Below, piece after piece: positions 10,675-20,475 of a stretch of 64,000 bases of DNA. Every line of letters starts with the position of its first letter. Positions within the stretch are counted from its first letter, which is position 1. The notes below the pieces were generated by a model that saw only the letters and a program-made list of their open reading frames with translations, ran no database searches and was not told where the DNA came from. Source of the DNA: an uncultured Chloroflexia bacterium (GTDB lineage Bacteria; Chloroflexota; Limnocylindria; Limnocylindrales; CSP1-4); assembly GCA_963697135.1 (NCBI GenBank), contig CAVOMZ010000007.1, positions 348,463 through 412,462 on the forward strand. Direction: 5' to 3'. The translations under genes were made by a program, and so were the position numbers.

Positions 10675-11502
10675 GTGACAGTGATCGGCAGTGCCCAGGA
10701 GCCGGCGGTCCCACCGCCGGCGGCCGCAACTGAGCCGCTCCTCGCGTTGCGCGGGGTCAGCAAGCACTTCGGGGCGGTCCAGGCCCTGTTCGGGGTCGAC
10801 CTCGACCTGTTCTCGGGTCATGTGACCGCGCTGTGCGGCGACAACGGCGCGGGCAAATCGTCCCTGATCAAGTGCGTCGCCGGGATCTATCAGCCCGATG
10901 CCGGCGAGATCCTGTGGGAGGGCAAGCCCGTCCACATCCGGTCACCGAAGGATTCGGGGGCCCTCGGGATCGAGACCGTCTACCAGGACCTCGCCCTGGC
11001 CGACAACCTCGACATCGTCCAGAACATGTTCCTCGGTCGAGAGCGCCACGGCCGGCTCTTCCTCGAGTCGGACAGCATGGAGCGCGCCGCCGCGGAGACC
11101 CTGGCCAGCCTGCACGTGACCACCGTCCGCTCGATCCGGCAGCCCGTGGCGACCCTGTCGGGCGGCCAGCGCCAGGCCGTGGCGGTGGCCAAGGCCGTCA
11201 TGTGGAACTCGAAGCTGGTCCTTCTCGACGAGCCGACGGCGGCCCTGGGCGTGGCCCAGACCCAGATGGTCCTCGACCTGATCAAGCGCCTGAAGGACCA
11301 CGGCCTGGCCGTCATGCTCATCTCGCACAACCTGAATGACGTCTTCGAGGTGGCCGACCGGATCGCGGTCCTGCACCTCGGCCGGATGGTCGTCCAGGAC
11401 CGCGCCTCGGCGTTCGACCGCGAGCGCGTCGTGGACTTCATGACCAGTGGCGGATCCAGCCGGGCGCTCGCCGCGGCCGGCACGAGCCAGGGGGTGGCCT
11501 GA
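10675..11502 (+). CDS. Sugar ABC transporter ATP-binding protein (single NBD)
   Basis: GTG start. Walker A GDNGAGKSS, signature LSGGQRQAVAVAK, Walker B LVLLDEPTAALG and H-loop ISHNL. Intact 275 aa. Confidence 0.9.
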   Translation: MTVIGSAQEPAVPPPAAATEPLLALRGVSKHFGAVQALFGVDLDLFSGHVTALCGDNGAGKSSLIKCVAGIYQPDAGEILWEGKPVHIRSPKDSGALGIETVYQDLALADNLDIVQNMFLGRERHGRLFLESDSMERAAAETLASLHVTTVRSIRQPVATLSGGQRQAVAVAKAVMWNSKLVLLDEPTAALGVAQTQMVLDLIKRLKDHGLAVMLISHNLNDVFEVADRIAVLHLGRMVVQDRASAFDRERVVDFMTSGGSSRALAAAGTSQGVA

Positions 11503-11504
11503 CG

Positions 11505-12858
11505 ATGGCAGGAGCCGACGACCTCCCGGTCGACCCGAGCCTGATGGCCACCGAGATCGAGGCCGAGACCGGGCCCGACCTTACCGCTGCGGCCGTCGAG
11601 GTCGTCCCGCCGGCCCTCGTCGCCCAGTCCCTGGGCGAGTACCTGCGCGGCTGGTGGGCCCGGGTCAAGGGCGGTGACGTCGGCGTCCTGCCGGTCGTCC
11701 TGGCCCTGGTCATCGTGACCGATCGTCTTCCAGCTGGTCAGCCCGAGCGGCCGCTTCCTGTCCCCGGCCAACATGGTCAACCTGTTCGTCCAGAGCTCGG
11801 TCTTCATCGTCCTGGCGATGGCCGAGGGCTTCGTCCTGCTGCTCGGCGAGATCGACCTGTCGGTCGGCTACGTCGGGGCCATCGGCGGGATCATCGCCGG
11901 CAACATGGTCCAGCCGGGGCTCGATCTGCCCTGGTGGTTCGCGATCATCTGCGGGCTCCTGGTGACGGCCGGGATCGGCTTGATCCACGGCGTGATCATC
12001 ACGAAGCTGCGCCTGCCGGCCTTCGTCGTGACCCTGGCCGGCTACCTGCTCTGGTTCGGGGTGATGATCATCCTGCTCGGGGCCGGCGGCAGCGTCCCGA
12101 TCTCGAGCTCGGTCCTCAAGAACCAGGAGGTCCTGTACGGGATCGTCAACAGCAACATCGAGCCGATCATCGCCTGGATCGGCCTGGCCGTGATCGTGGT
12201 CGGGCTCGGGAGCCTGATGTGGATCCGTGACAACCGCCGGCGCAGGAGCGGGCTGGTCGCCCCGCCGGTCGGCCTGACCGTGGCCAAGATCGTGTTCATG
12301 GCCCTGGCCGGGATCGTCGTCGTGGCGATCTGCAACGTGAACCGGGGCACCTTCCTGGTGATCCAGGGCGTGCCCTGGGTGCTGCCGATCGTGCTCGTCG
12401 TCCTCGGGGCCTGGACCCTCCTCCTCGAGCGGAGCCAGTTCGGGCTCCACGTGTACGCCGTGGGCGGCAACCCCGAAGCGGCCCGGCGGGCCGGGATCAG
12501 CGTTCCCAACGTGCGCACGTGGGGCTTCATCCTGTGCTCGTTCACGGGTGGCATCGGCGGGATCATCTACCTGTCCTGGCAGGGCGGGATCAGCACGAAC
12601 ATCAACGGCGGGCAGCTCGTCCTGTACGCGGTGGCCGCAGCGGTCATCGGCGGAACGAGCCTGTTCGGCGGGCGCGGCCGGCCGATCCACGGTCTGCTCG
12701 GCGGCCTCGTGATCGGCGCGATCTACAACGGCCTGTACCTGCTCGGCCTGCCGATCCAGTGGCAGCTGATCGCCACGGGCCTCGTCCTGCTGGCCGCCGT
12801 GACCGTCGACTCGCTCTCGCGGGCGAACTCCCGGAGTGGCGTCCTGACCCGCGGCTGA
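11505..12858 (+). CDS. Sugar ABC transporter permease, XylH/RbsC-like (one frame switch near 11715)
   Basis: The N-terminus is in ORF 11505..12230 (…GDVGVLPVVLALVIVT). The body is in ORF 11773..12858 (multiple TMs, …GGTSLFGGRG…). Confidence 0.85.
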
Positions 12859-12897
12859 CGTCATCGTCCGGCAACAAATCAGGCGTACCGTGGGCGC

Positions 12898-13323
12898 ATG
12901 AGCACTCCCAGGACGGCCAACGCCGATGGTTCCATCCAGATGAAGTCCGACAGCCAGTGGCGGGCCGAGCTGACCCCCGAGCAATACCACGTGCTGCGTC
13001 AGAAAGGCACCGAGCGGGCCTTCACCGGCGCTCTCTGGAACGAGCACCGGGACGGCGTCTATCGCTGCGCCGGGTGCGGCGCCGAGCTGTTCAGCTCGGA
13101 CACGAAGTTCGAGTCGGGCACGGGCTGGCCGAGCTTCTTCGCTCCGGCCAGCACGGACGCCGTGGCCACCCAGACCGATCGGACGTTCTTCATGAGCCGG
13201 ACCGAGGCGACGTGCGCCTCGTGTGGCGGGCACCTCGGCCACGTCTTCGACGACGGACCGAACCCGACCGGCCAGCGCTACTGCATCAACTCGGCCGCCC
13301 TCAAGCTCGAACCCCGGGACTGA
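12898..13323 (+). CDS. msrB: Peptide-methionine (R)-S-oxide reductase
   Basis: Two CxxC pairs ([21 protein letters not shown]) and GTGWPSF...RYCINSAAL. Intact 141 aa. Confidence 0.92.
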   Translation: MSTPRTANADGSIQMKSDSQWRAELTPEQYHVLRQKGTERAFTGALWNEHRDGVYRCAGCGAELFSSDTKFESGTGWPSFFAPASTDAVATQTDRTFFMSRTEATCASCGGHLGHVFDDGPNPTGQRYCINSAALKLEPRD

Positions 13324-13329
13324 CCGCTC

Positions 13330-15020
13330 TCAGCGCTGCACGTCGCGACGGGTCATTCCCCAGGCGCCGAGCAGCACGCCGCCAACGGCCAGCGACAAGG
13401 CAGGCGAGGATCCCGGCCGCGTCCCACTGGCCGATCATCGGCTGGCCCAAGGTGCGCCGTCAGGGCCAGCTGGTGGAACCAGTCGGGCAGCTTGAGCGGC
13501 GGGTGCGAGCAGGTCGATCAGATAGGTCGACGACCACCGCCAGAACGGCGATCTCCGCGGCGATCGAGGTCCGCCACAGGCCGCCGACAGCGACGCCGAC
13601 CCCGACGACCGCGGCGCCGTAGAGGCCCAGGGCGGCCGAACCGAGCAGGGCATCCCCGGCCGTCGCGCCGCCGGCCGCCGCCCCGAGGCCGATCCCCAGG
13701 GCGAAGATCACGGTCATCAGGATCACCGAGCTGATCGCGGCGATCCCCCCGGCGATCACCCAGCGCGCCCGCGTCAGCGGGCTGGCCAGGATCTCCTCGA
13801 GCCGGCCGTCGGTCTCGTCCGAAGCCCACTTCGAGACGAACGTCGCGGCTGCCAGGCCGGCCGCGATGTACAGGATCGCCAGGTACAGCTGGAGCCAGCC
13901 GCCGGCGGTGCTGAAGTCGAAGCCGGGGAAGATCGCGGCGAAGGTCTTGATCAAGCCGGGGTCGCTCCCGATCTCCTTGGCGAAGGAGCCCACCAGCGAG
14001 GCGAGCAGGGCGCCCATCAGGCCCATGCCCAGGCCCCAGGCGAGCGCCCGTGGCAGCTGGTCGCCGAAGGCCCGCGCGACCGGCCCGCGAACCCCCAGGA
14101 CGACGGCCGGCAGGGAGGGCAGCGGAAACGGCCGAGCCCACCCCCAGGTCGCGCCGGCTGAAGATCTCGACCCCGAGGGCCAGCAGGAGGACCCCGGCGA
14201 CGAGCACCGCGAGCATCCCCGGCCAGTCGTAGAACCCAGCCAGCGGAATGTGGTCGACGGTCCAGTGGAACGGGCTCAGGTTGACGAGCGGGCCACCGAT
14301 GTCGAGGCCGCTCATGACCCACAGGACCACCATGACGATACCGGCGATGGCCGCCGACCCGGCCCGGCCCAGGAGCGGGGCGAGGGCGAACGCCAGGCCG
14401 CCAAAGCACATCGCCAGGAAGCCGGCCCAGAGGGTGAACGAGATCGCGCCGCCGAGCGGGATGTCATCGCCCAGCGCCGCGTCACCGAAGGCATTCGAGC
14501 TGACGAAGATCATGATCGCCACGAAGGCCATCGCCAGCCACAGCATCGTCAGGTGTCCGGCGAGCTTCTCGAGGGCGATCCGGCGCTTGCCGAAGGGCCC
14601 GGCCGCGACGAAGTCGAGGCTCCCCTTGCGGACTTCGCCGGCAAGCGTCCCGGACAGGGCCAGGATCGACCAGAGGGCCGTGCCCAGGCCGAACAGGGCG
14701 CCGTACTTCCAGCTCATGTAGCCGCCCAGGGTTCCCAGCTTCGGGCCGAGCAAGGTCGCGTTGCCGAAGAGATTGACCATCGAGGCCGGGATGCTGCCGA
14801 TGAGCTTGTCCACCTCGAGGCGCGCTTCCGGGGTCGGAAAGACCGTCCCGATGGCTGCGCCCAGGGCGAGGGCGATCCCGCCCATCAGCCCCGCCGCGAC
14901 CAGGAAGGCGAGGCGCGAGTCGCGGATCGTCTTGCCGTAGATGCTGCCGAAGCCGTACAGGCGTTGACCCAGCGGGATGGGTCGCAGGCTGGCGGCCGCC
15001 CGACCGGCGTCAGCCGACAT
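13330..15020 (-). CDS. Large (duplicated) ABC-2 type transporter permease (frame-disrupted, about 3 switches)
   Basis: The first half is in ORF 13518..15089 from MSADAGR (ATG 15020). The second half is in ORF 13460..14026 (MGLMGALLASLVGSFAKEIG...). The C-terminus VGGVLLGAWGMTRRDVQR is in a third frame with a stop at 13330. The start overlaps the ATPase stop by 11 nt. Confidence 0.75.
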
Positions 15021-15921
15021 GACCGGCCTCCTGGCCATACTCGGCCAGGAACGTCTCCTCGAGGCTCGGCTCGCGACTGACGAAATCAAGCAGCTCGAAC
15101 TTCGCCGCGGCCTGGACCACGGGCGAGATCGGCCCGGCCACGCGCAGTCGCAGGACGTGGTCCTCGGCGCTCACCTCGCTGACCCCCGGCAGGTGCTCGA
15201 AAGCCTCGGCCGGCACGGTTCCCGCGAAGCGCAGCTCGACCTGGTGGTGGGCCAGGTCACGCAGGGCATCGACCCGGTCGACCCGGACCAGCCGGCCGTC
15301 GCGGATGATCGCCACTCGATCGCAGGTCTTCTCGACCTCGGACAGGACGTGGCTCGAGAGGAAGACCGTTCGGCCGTCGGCGACCGTCTCCCGGATCACG
15401 GCGTTGAACGTCTGCTGGACCAGCGGGTCGAGGCCCGACGTGGGCTCGTCAAGGATCAGCAGGTCGGGCCGATGCTGGAGGGCGGCCACCAGGCCAACCT
15501 TCTGCTTGTTGCCCTTGGAATACTCCCGGAAGCGGCGCGACGGGTCGAGGTCGAAGCGCTGGACCAGGTCGTCCTGGAACGAGGCATCGACGCCACCCCG
15601 GAGGTTGGCGAAGTAGGTCAGCGTCTGCCGGCCGGTCAGCCGGTCGTACAGGCTGAACTCGCCGGGGAGGTAGCCGATCCGGCGATGGATCGAGATCGGG
15701 TCGACCGTGCTCTCGATGCCGAATACGAACGCCTTGCCGCTGGTCGGCCGGATCAGGTCGAGGATCGTCCGGATGGCGGTCGTCTTGCCGGCTCCGTTCG
15801 GCCCGAGGAAGCCAAAGACCTCGCCCTGCCCGACCGACAGGTCGACCTCGATGATCCCCCGGGCCGGCCCATACGACTTGGTCAGCTGTTCGGTTCGGAT
15901 GATGTCGGTTGCGCCTGCCAT
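15010..15921 (-). CDS. ABC transporter ATP-binding protein (ABC-2 exporter type)
   Basis: Walker [10 protein letters not shown], signature YSKGNKQKVGLV and Walker B LLILDEPTSGLD. Intact 303 aa. Confidence 0.9.
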   Translation of the reverse strand: MAGATDIIRTEQLTKSYGPARGIIEVDLSVGQGEVFGFLGPNGAGKTTAIRTILDLIRPTSGKAFVFGIESTVDPISIHRRIGYLPGEFSLYDRLTGRQTLTYFANLRGGVDASFQDDLVQRFDLDPSRRFREYSKGNKQKVGLVAALQHRPDLLILDEPTSGLDPLVQQTFNAVIRETVADGRTVFLSSHVLSEVEKTCDRVAIIRDGRLVRVDRVDALRDLAHHQVELRFAGTVPAEAFEHLPGVSEVSAEDHVLRLRVAGPISPVVQAAAKFELLDFVSREPSLEETFLAEYGQEAGHVG

Positions 15922-15939
15922 GGCCAGCTCAGCCTCCCA

Positions 15940-16465
15940 CTAACCCGTCACTTGCCTGGCCAGATCGGCGGCCGGCAGGATCCGGCTCGACGAGGACGAG
16001 GCCAGGCGGGCTTCACGTTCGCCCAGATAGCGCTCGATCAGGACCGGCAAATCGCGTTCCAGGAACACCGCGGCGTCGTGGACCTCGAGGAGTCGCTGGC
16101 GGATCGACGCGAGGCCGCTCCGCGAGTGCGACGAGGCCGTCCTCGGTGATCCGGACCAGTCGCCCATAGGCCGAACCGATCGAGCGCAGGATCGCGTTGA
16201 ACGTGCCGGGAGGGGCGCTGAAGTACTCGCGCCGGTCGCCCCGACGACGCGCCCGTCGGATCATCCCCGCGCTGGACAGGAAGGCGACGGCGGCGCTGAT
16301 GGCGCCGCGGCTGGCCTGGAGCTCGGCCGCCAGGTCGGCTGCTGTCTGCTCGGCCGGCTCGCAGATGAGCAACCAGGCCCATACCCGGCCCGACATCGGG
16401 ACGAACTTGTAGGTCCCGAGGTACTGGCCCATCTCCTCCACGAACACGGCTTCGTCGTCGGTCAC
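15940..16465 (-). CDS. GbsR/MarR-type winged-helix transcriptional regulator (one frame switch near 16115)
   Basis: PMSGRVWAWLLICEPAEQTAADLAAELQASRGAISAAVAFLSSAGMIRR is in ORF 16013..16465. The C-terminus continues in ORF 15940..16167. It is the first gene of an apparent regulator-ATPase-permease operon. Confidence 0.7.
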
Positions 16466-16490
16466 GAGGTTACGCTAGAACATTCGGTAC

Positions 16491-16508
16491 GTTCAGTCAA
16501 TACTGAAC
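16491..16508. promoter_or_regulatory. Inverted repeat GTTCAGT-N4-ACTGAAC upstream of the GbsR-like gene (candidate auto-operator)
   Basis: gttcagtcaatactgaac lies 26 nt upstream of the regulator start (16465, minus) in a lower-GC patch. Confidence 0.4.
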
Positions 16509-16591
16509 AATCTGGCCGTTGCCGCAGGGGCGGCGGGTTGTCAACGCTAGCCGAGCTGGATCCGGTGCTTGCCGGAGAACCGGAGGTGTGA

Positions 16592-18293
16592 TCAGTGCGT
16601 CGCGAGGTCCGCTTCGCTGACCGGAAGCTCCTGGTGGACGTACTTGCCGCCCCTCAGGCTCGAGGCGACGGCGGCGGCCACGGACATGCCGGCTGCGACG
16701 ACGAAGACGATGACCAGGCCGTCGTGGAACGGCCCGCTGATCAGGCCCGGGAAGAAATCCTTGCCGGTCAGGATCGCGGCCTGGTCGGGTGGCAACGCCT
16801 TCAGCACGTCCGCGGGCAGGAGCGAGGCCATCGGGTTGTAGCCGAGCAGTGACGCGAACAGGCTCGAGACCGGCGGCAGCTGCGAGATCTTCGTCGCCAC
16901 GTCGGCCGGTACGTCGTGGGCGATCAACCCGGCATACAGGGTCGTCCGGAGCGAACCGGCCAGGCCGGTGATCATCAGCGAGAAGAACAGGCCGATCGAC
17001 ACCACGAAGCCGGCGTTGGCGAAGACCGCCCGCATCCCGGATGCTGCCCCGCGCTGATTGGCCGGCACGCTGTTCATGATCGCGGCCGCATTAGGCGAGT
17101 TGAACAAGCCTGACCCGAGGCCGGCCAGGAAGAGGAAGAAGGCCAGGGCGGGGTAGGCGAACTGGACCGGCAGGCCGGTCAATCCAATGAAGGCGAGCGC
17201 CGCCAGGATCATCCCACCGGTGGCGAACAGGCGGGCCCCGAAGCGGTCCGACAGGAACCCGGACAACGGCCCGGCGATCAGGAATCCGACCGTCAGGGGC
17301 AGCATGAAGATGCCGGCCCACAGGGGCGTGTCGGCGTAGCTGTAGCCATGGACCGGCAGCCAGATCCCCTGGAGCCAGATCACGATGATGAACGACAGGC
17401 CGCCCCGGGCGGTGGATGCCAGCAGGCTGGCGATGTTGCCGGCCGCGAAGGCCCGGATCCTGAACAGGGACAGGTCGAAGAACGGCTCGACCACCCGCTG
17501 CTCGATCCAGACGAACAGGACCAGCAGGAGGATCCCCCCGCCGATCAGCCCGATCACCATCGGGCTGGTCCAGCCCATCGGCTGGTTGCCGTAGGGCTGG
17601 ATGCCATAGGTGATCCCGATCAGGATCATCGACAGGCCGAAGGCGAAGGTCAGGTTGCCCCACCAATCCATCCGGCGCACCGTGGTCGTGCTCAGCTCCT
17701 CGAGCCGGAGATACGCCCAGATCGTCCCGACGATCCCGATCGGGACACTGACGAAGAACACGAGCCGCCAGTTGATCGTGGCCAGGAAGCCGCCCAGGAG
17801 CAGGCCGATGAACTGGCCGGCGATGGCGGCGACGCCGTTGATTCCCAGGGCCAGGCCGCGCTGGTTCGAGCGGAAAGGCGTCGGTCAGGATGGCCGCCGA
17901 GTTCGCAAACAGGAACGCCCCGCCGATGCCCTGGACGATCCGCATGGCGATGATCCAGAGCGCCCCGGCCGTGCCCATGAACGGGGTAAAGGCGAGCAGG
18001 ATCGAGCCGATCGTGAAGATCAGGAAGCCGCCGGTATACATCTTGACCCGGCCGTATCGATCGCCCAGCCAGCCGAAGGCCACGACCAGGACGGCCGTGA
18101 CGAGGAGGTAGCCCATGAAGATCCACAGGAGGTAGGCGGTGCTGCCGGGTTCAAGCGGGTCGAGCTGGATCCCATTGAAGATCGCCGGCAGGGCGATGAT
18201 CACGATCGAGCCGTCGATCGCGGCCATCAGGATCCCGAGGGTGGTATTCGAGAGGGCGATCCACTTGTAGTTGGAGCCGACCCGCCGGTTCAT
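16592..18293 (-). CDS. MFS transporter, DHA2 (EmrB/QacA, 14-TMS) type (one frame switch near 17869)
   Basis: The N-terminal half is in ORF 17091..18293 ([31 protein letters not shown]…[13 protein letters not shown]). After ...AILTDAFP the sequence [20 protein letters not shown]... continues in the frame of ORF 16592..17761. Confidence 0.88.
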
Positions 18294-18759
18294 GCCTCCT
18301 CGAGCTCCGCTACGAGCGAGGCTCGGACTCGATCCAGGGCGATCCCGAAGGCACGCCGATCGGCGTCCACCAACCGGCCAGGAGGCGTTCGACGAACTCG
18401 GCCCGGGCCGCTCGCAGGGCGGCCAGGGCGGCCCGGCCGGCGTCAGACAGCCCGATCACCCAGGCCCGGCCGTCGTCCGGATCGGCCAGCCGTTCAACGA
18501 GGCCGGCCCGTTCGAGGGCCCGAACCCGGTGGGTGATCGATGAGGCGTCGACGCCCAGCGACTGGGCCAGATCGGTCGGGCGGGATGGGCCGAGCTGGCC
18601 GAGCCGGCCGAGGGTCCAGGCCGCGCCGATCTCGATCTCGAGGCCGGCCCGTGCGATCAGGCGGCGTTGGACGACCGGCCGATTGAACAGGCGCATCAGC
18701 TCAGTGAGCGCCTGCTCGGCCCGGACCAGGGTGTCCTCGGATTCCAGCGTCACCATCAT
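18290..18759 (-). CDS. MarR family transcriptional regulator (frame switch near 18335)
   Basis: [10 protein letters not shown]...[52 protein letters not shown]. The plausible C-terminus [25 protein letters not shown] is in another frame, and its TGA overlaps the MFS ATG (ATGA at 18290-18293). Confidence 0.8.
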
Positions 18760-18838
18760 TTGATTGTACCAAGCAACCAGTTTGCACAGCGAATAGCCCC
18801 CGCCCGGCGAACTACGCTCCCGCGCCGCTATCGTTCGG

Positions 18839-19036
18839 GTGTGTACACCTTCGTTCCGGGTCCTGCTGCTGATCTGGATCGTCGTCTTCCTCGTCATCTC
18901 CTGCGTTCCGACTCTGACCGGCAATGTGATCCTGGGCGCCGCCGGGTTGATGACCGGGGTCATCCTGTTCATCCCCTGGTTGGCTGGTGTGGCAATCCTC
19001 GGCTGCCTCGTGTGGTTCTTCAACCCGCGCCGCTGA
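18839..19036 (+). CDS. Small hydrophobic protein, 65 aa, two predicted TM helices (orphan)
   Basis: GTG-start ORF MCTPSFRVLLLIWIVVFLVISCVPTLTGNVILGAAGLMTGVILFIPWLAGVAILGCLVWFFNPRR. It is divergent from marR. I recognised no family. Confidence 0.4.
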   Translation: MCTPSFRVLLLIWIVVFLVISCVPTLTGNVILGAAGLMTGVILFIPWLAGVAILGCLVWFFNPRR

Positions 19037-19145
19037 ACCGTTGATCGTTGGTCAACACGATTGATGCTGGACTTGGCGATCACGATTGCGTACAGTGCTT
19101 CGGCGCGCAACGTCGTCGGGGGTTCGTGCCACGGGAGGCAATCAA

Positions 19146-19472
19146 TTGGCCAAGTTCACCACGATCAAGGTTGGCAAGCCACTCAATCTTGAAGATCTCA
19201 AGCGCAAGCCAACTCCTCGCGGTCGTCGCTCAAATCCCCGCGATGAGGACCTCGCCAAGCTCGTCAATGAGGTCAGCGTCGGCGCCGCCTCGCAGGTGCT
19301 GCCCTGGGAGTACGAGGGCAAGGCCGCCACGGCTCGGGCCGCCGCCAGCAAAGTGATCAAGGCGGCCGGAGCGACCGTCTATGTCAGCAGCCGACCCGAC
19401 ATGCCCGGAGTGCTCCTGTTCAGTCGAGTTCCGCTCACGGGACGCCAGGGCAAGAAGGCCAACGCCGGCTGA
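19146..19472 (+). CDS. Hypothetical basic protein, about 108 aa (orphan)
   Basis: GGGAGG at 19133-19138 lies 7 nt before TTG 19146, in frame with ORF 19086..19472. Translation: AKFTTIKVGKPLNLEDLKRKPTPRGRRSNPRDEDLAKLVNEV.... The local GC is clearly lower than the surroundings. I recognised no family. Confidence 0.5.
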   Translation: MAKFTTIKVGKPLNLEDLKRKPTPRGRRSNPRDEDLAKLVNEVSVGAASQVLPWEYEGKAATARAAASKVIKAAGATVYVSSRPDMPGVLLFSRVPLTGRQGKKANAG

Positions 19473-19489
19473 AGAGGCGGGCTGAGAAG

Positions 19490-19511
19490 GCGGGCTGAAC
19501 GGCCCGCTTCG
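19490..19511. terminator. Hairpin GCGGGC-tgaacg-GCCCGC followed by TTCG, between convergent small genes
   Basis: The stem is 19490-19495 / 19502-19507. It is preceded by a tandem AGGCGGGCTGA x2. Confidence 0.5.
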
Positions 19512-19566
19512 AACGCGCGGCTCGCAGGCGCAGGCTCGCAAGCGTTCGGCCGAGCGGCGGGATCGA

Positions 19567-19683
19567 TCAGGTCAGGCTGGTCGGCATCCCGATCACGGCC
19601 AGGGCGATCAGGGCGATCAGCAGGACGATGCCGATGGCCAGTCCGATCCGACCGGCGATTCTTCGAACCATGGCGCGATCCAT
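19567..19683 (-). CDS. Possible 38-aa single-TM peptide (below the ORF-track cutoff)
   Basis: Read by hand: MDRAMVRRIAGRIGLAIGIVLLIALIALAVIGMPTSLT, with a stop at 19567-19569. Confidence 0.3.
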   Translation of the reverse strand: MDRAMVRRIAGRIGLAIGIVLLIALIALAVIGMPTSLT

Positions 19684-19788
19684 GGCCTGATTCTAGGCGG
19701 ATCTGGGGCGCCGGGATCCATGAACGCGGGCGGCTCGTATCATCGACTGGACGATCGACCGATTCAGCCCGTTGACGGTGAGCCGCCC

Positions 19789-20475
19789 ATGACAACCGAG
19801 ACGACCAGTCACTCGCACCATCATCCCGAACCGTCCGACGACGGGCTCGAGCAGCGCCTCGTGCCCGATCACCCGCGCCCGGTCAGCGCCGAGGACTGGG
19901 TCCGCTACGAGGGCTACCTGGCCGAGATCCTGGCCGCCCTCGGGCTTGACCTCGACACGCCCGGGACCCGGTCCACGCCGCAGCGGTTCCTGCGCGCGCT
20001 GTTCGACACGACCTCGGGCTACGAGGGCGACCCCAAGCTGCTGACCGCCTTCCCGACCGAGTGCCGGGGTGGGGCGAACTGCGAGATCGCCCAGGTCGTC
20101 GAAGGCCCGATCCCATTCTTCTCCCTGTGCGAGCACCACGCCCTGCCGTTCTTCGGCAATGTCTACGTCGGCTACGTGGCCCACGAGGGGATCATCGGGA
20201 TCAGCAAGCTGACCCGCCTCGTCCGGGTGATCACCCGGCGGTTCGGGGTCCAGGAGCGGATGACCTACCAGATCGGCGAGGAGCTCGATCGGATGATGGA
20301 GCCCCACGGCGTGGCGGTCTACGTCGAGGCCCATCACCTGTGCACCCAGATGCGCGGCGTGCGCGAGGACCACCCCAAGACCCGGACCACCTCCTATCGC
20401 GGCGTCTACGTCGAGAGCCCCCAGCTGCGCGGCGAGTTCTTCGACGTGAGCGGCCTGCGGGGAGCCGGGTCCTGA
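19789..20475 (+). CDS. folE: GTP cyclohydrolase I
   Basis: FFSLCEHHALPFFG, GISKLTRLV, VQERMTYQIGE and VEAHHLCTQMRGV. Intact, with ATG at 19789. Confidence 0.92.
   Translation: MTTETTSHSHHHPEPSDDGLEQRLVPDHPRPVSAEDWVRYEGYLAEILAALGLDLDTPGTRSTPQRFLRALFDTTSGYEGDPKLLTAFPTECRGGANCEIAQVVEGPIPFFSLCEHHALPFFGNVYVGYVAHEGIIGISKLTRLVRVITRRFGVQERMTYQIGEELDRMMEPHGVAVYVEAHHLCTQMRGVREDHPKTRTTSYRGVYVESPQLRGEFFDVSGLRGAGS

Noticed and set aside
19684-19788. Possible ZTP/THF-type riboswitch upstream of folE
   Set aside because: Only a partial resemblance (cGACTGGacg) to the ZTP core is present. The conserved 3' CCGCCTGGGC-type pseudoknot partner and the paired helices are absent. An Infernal scan would be needed to revisit this.
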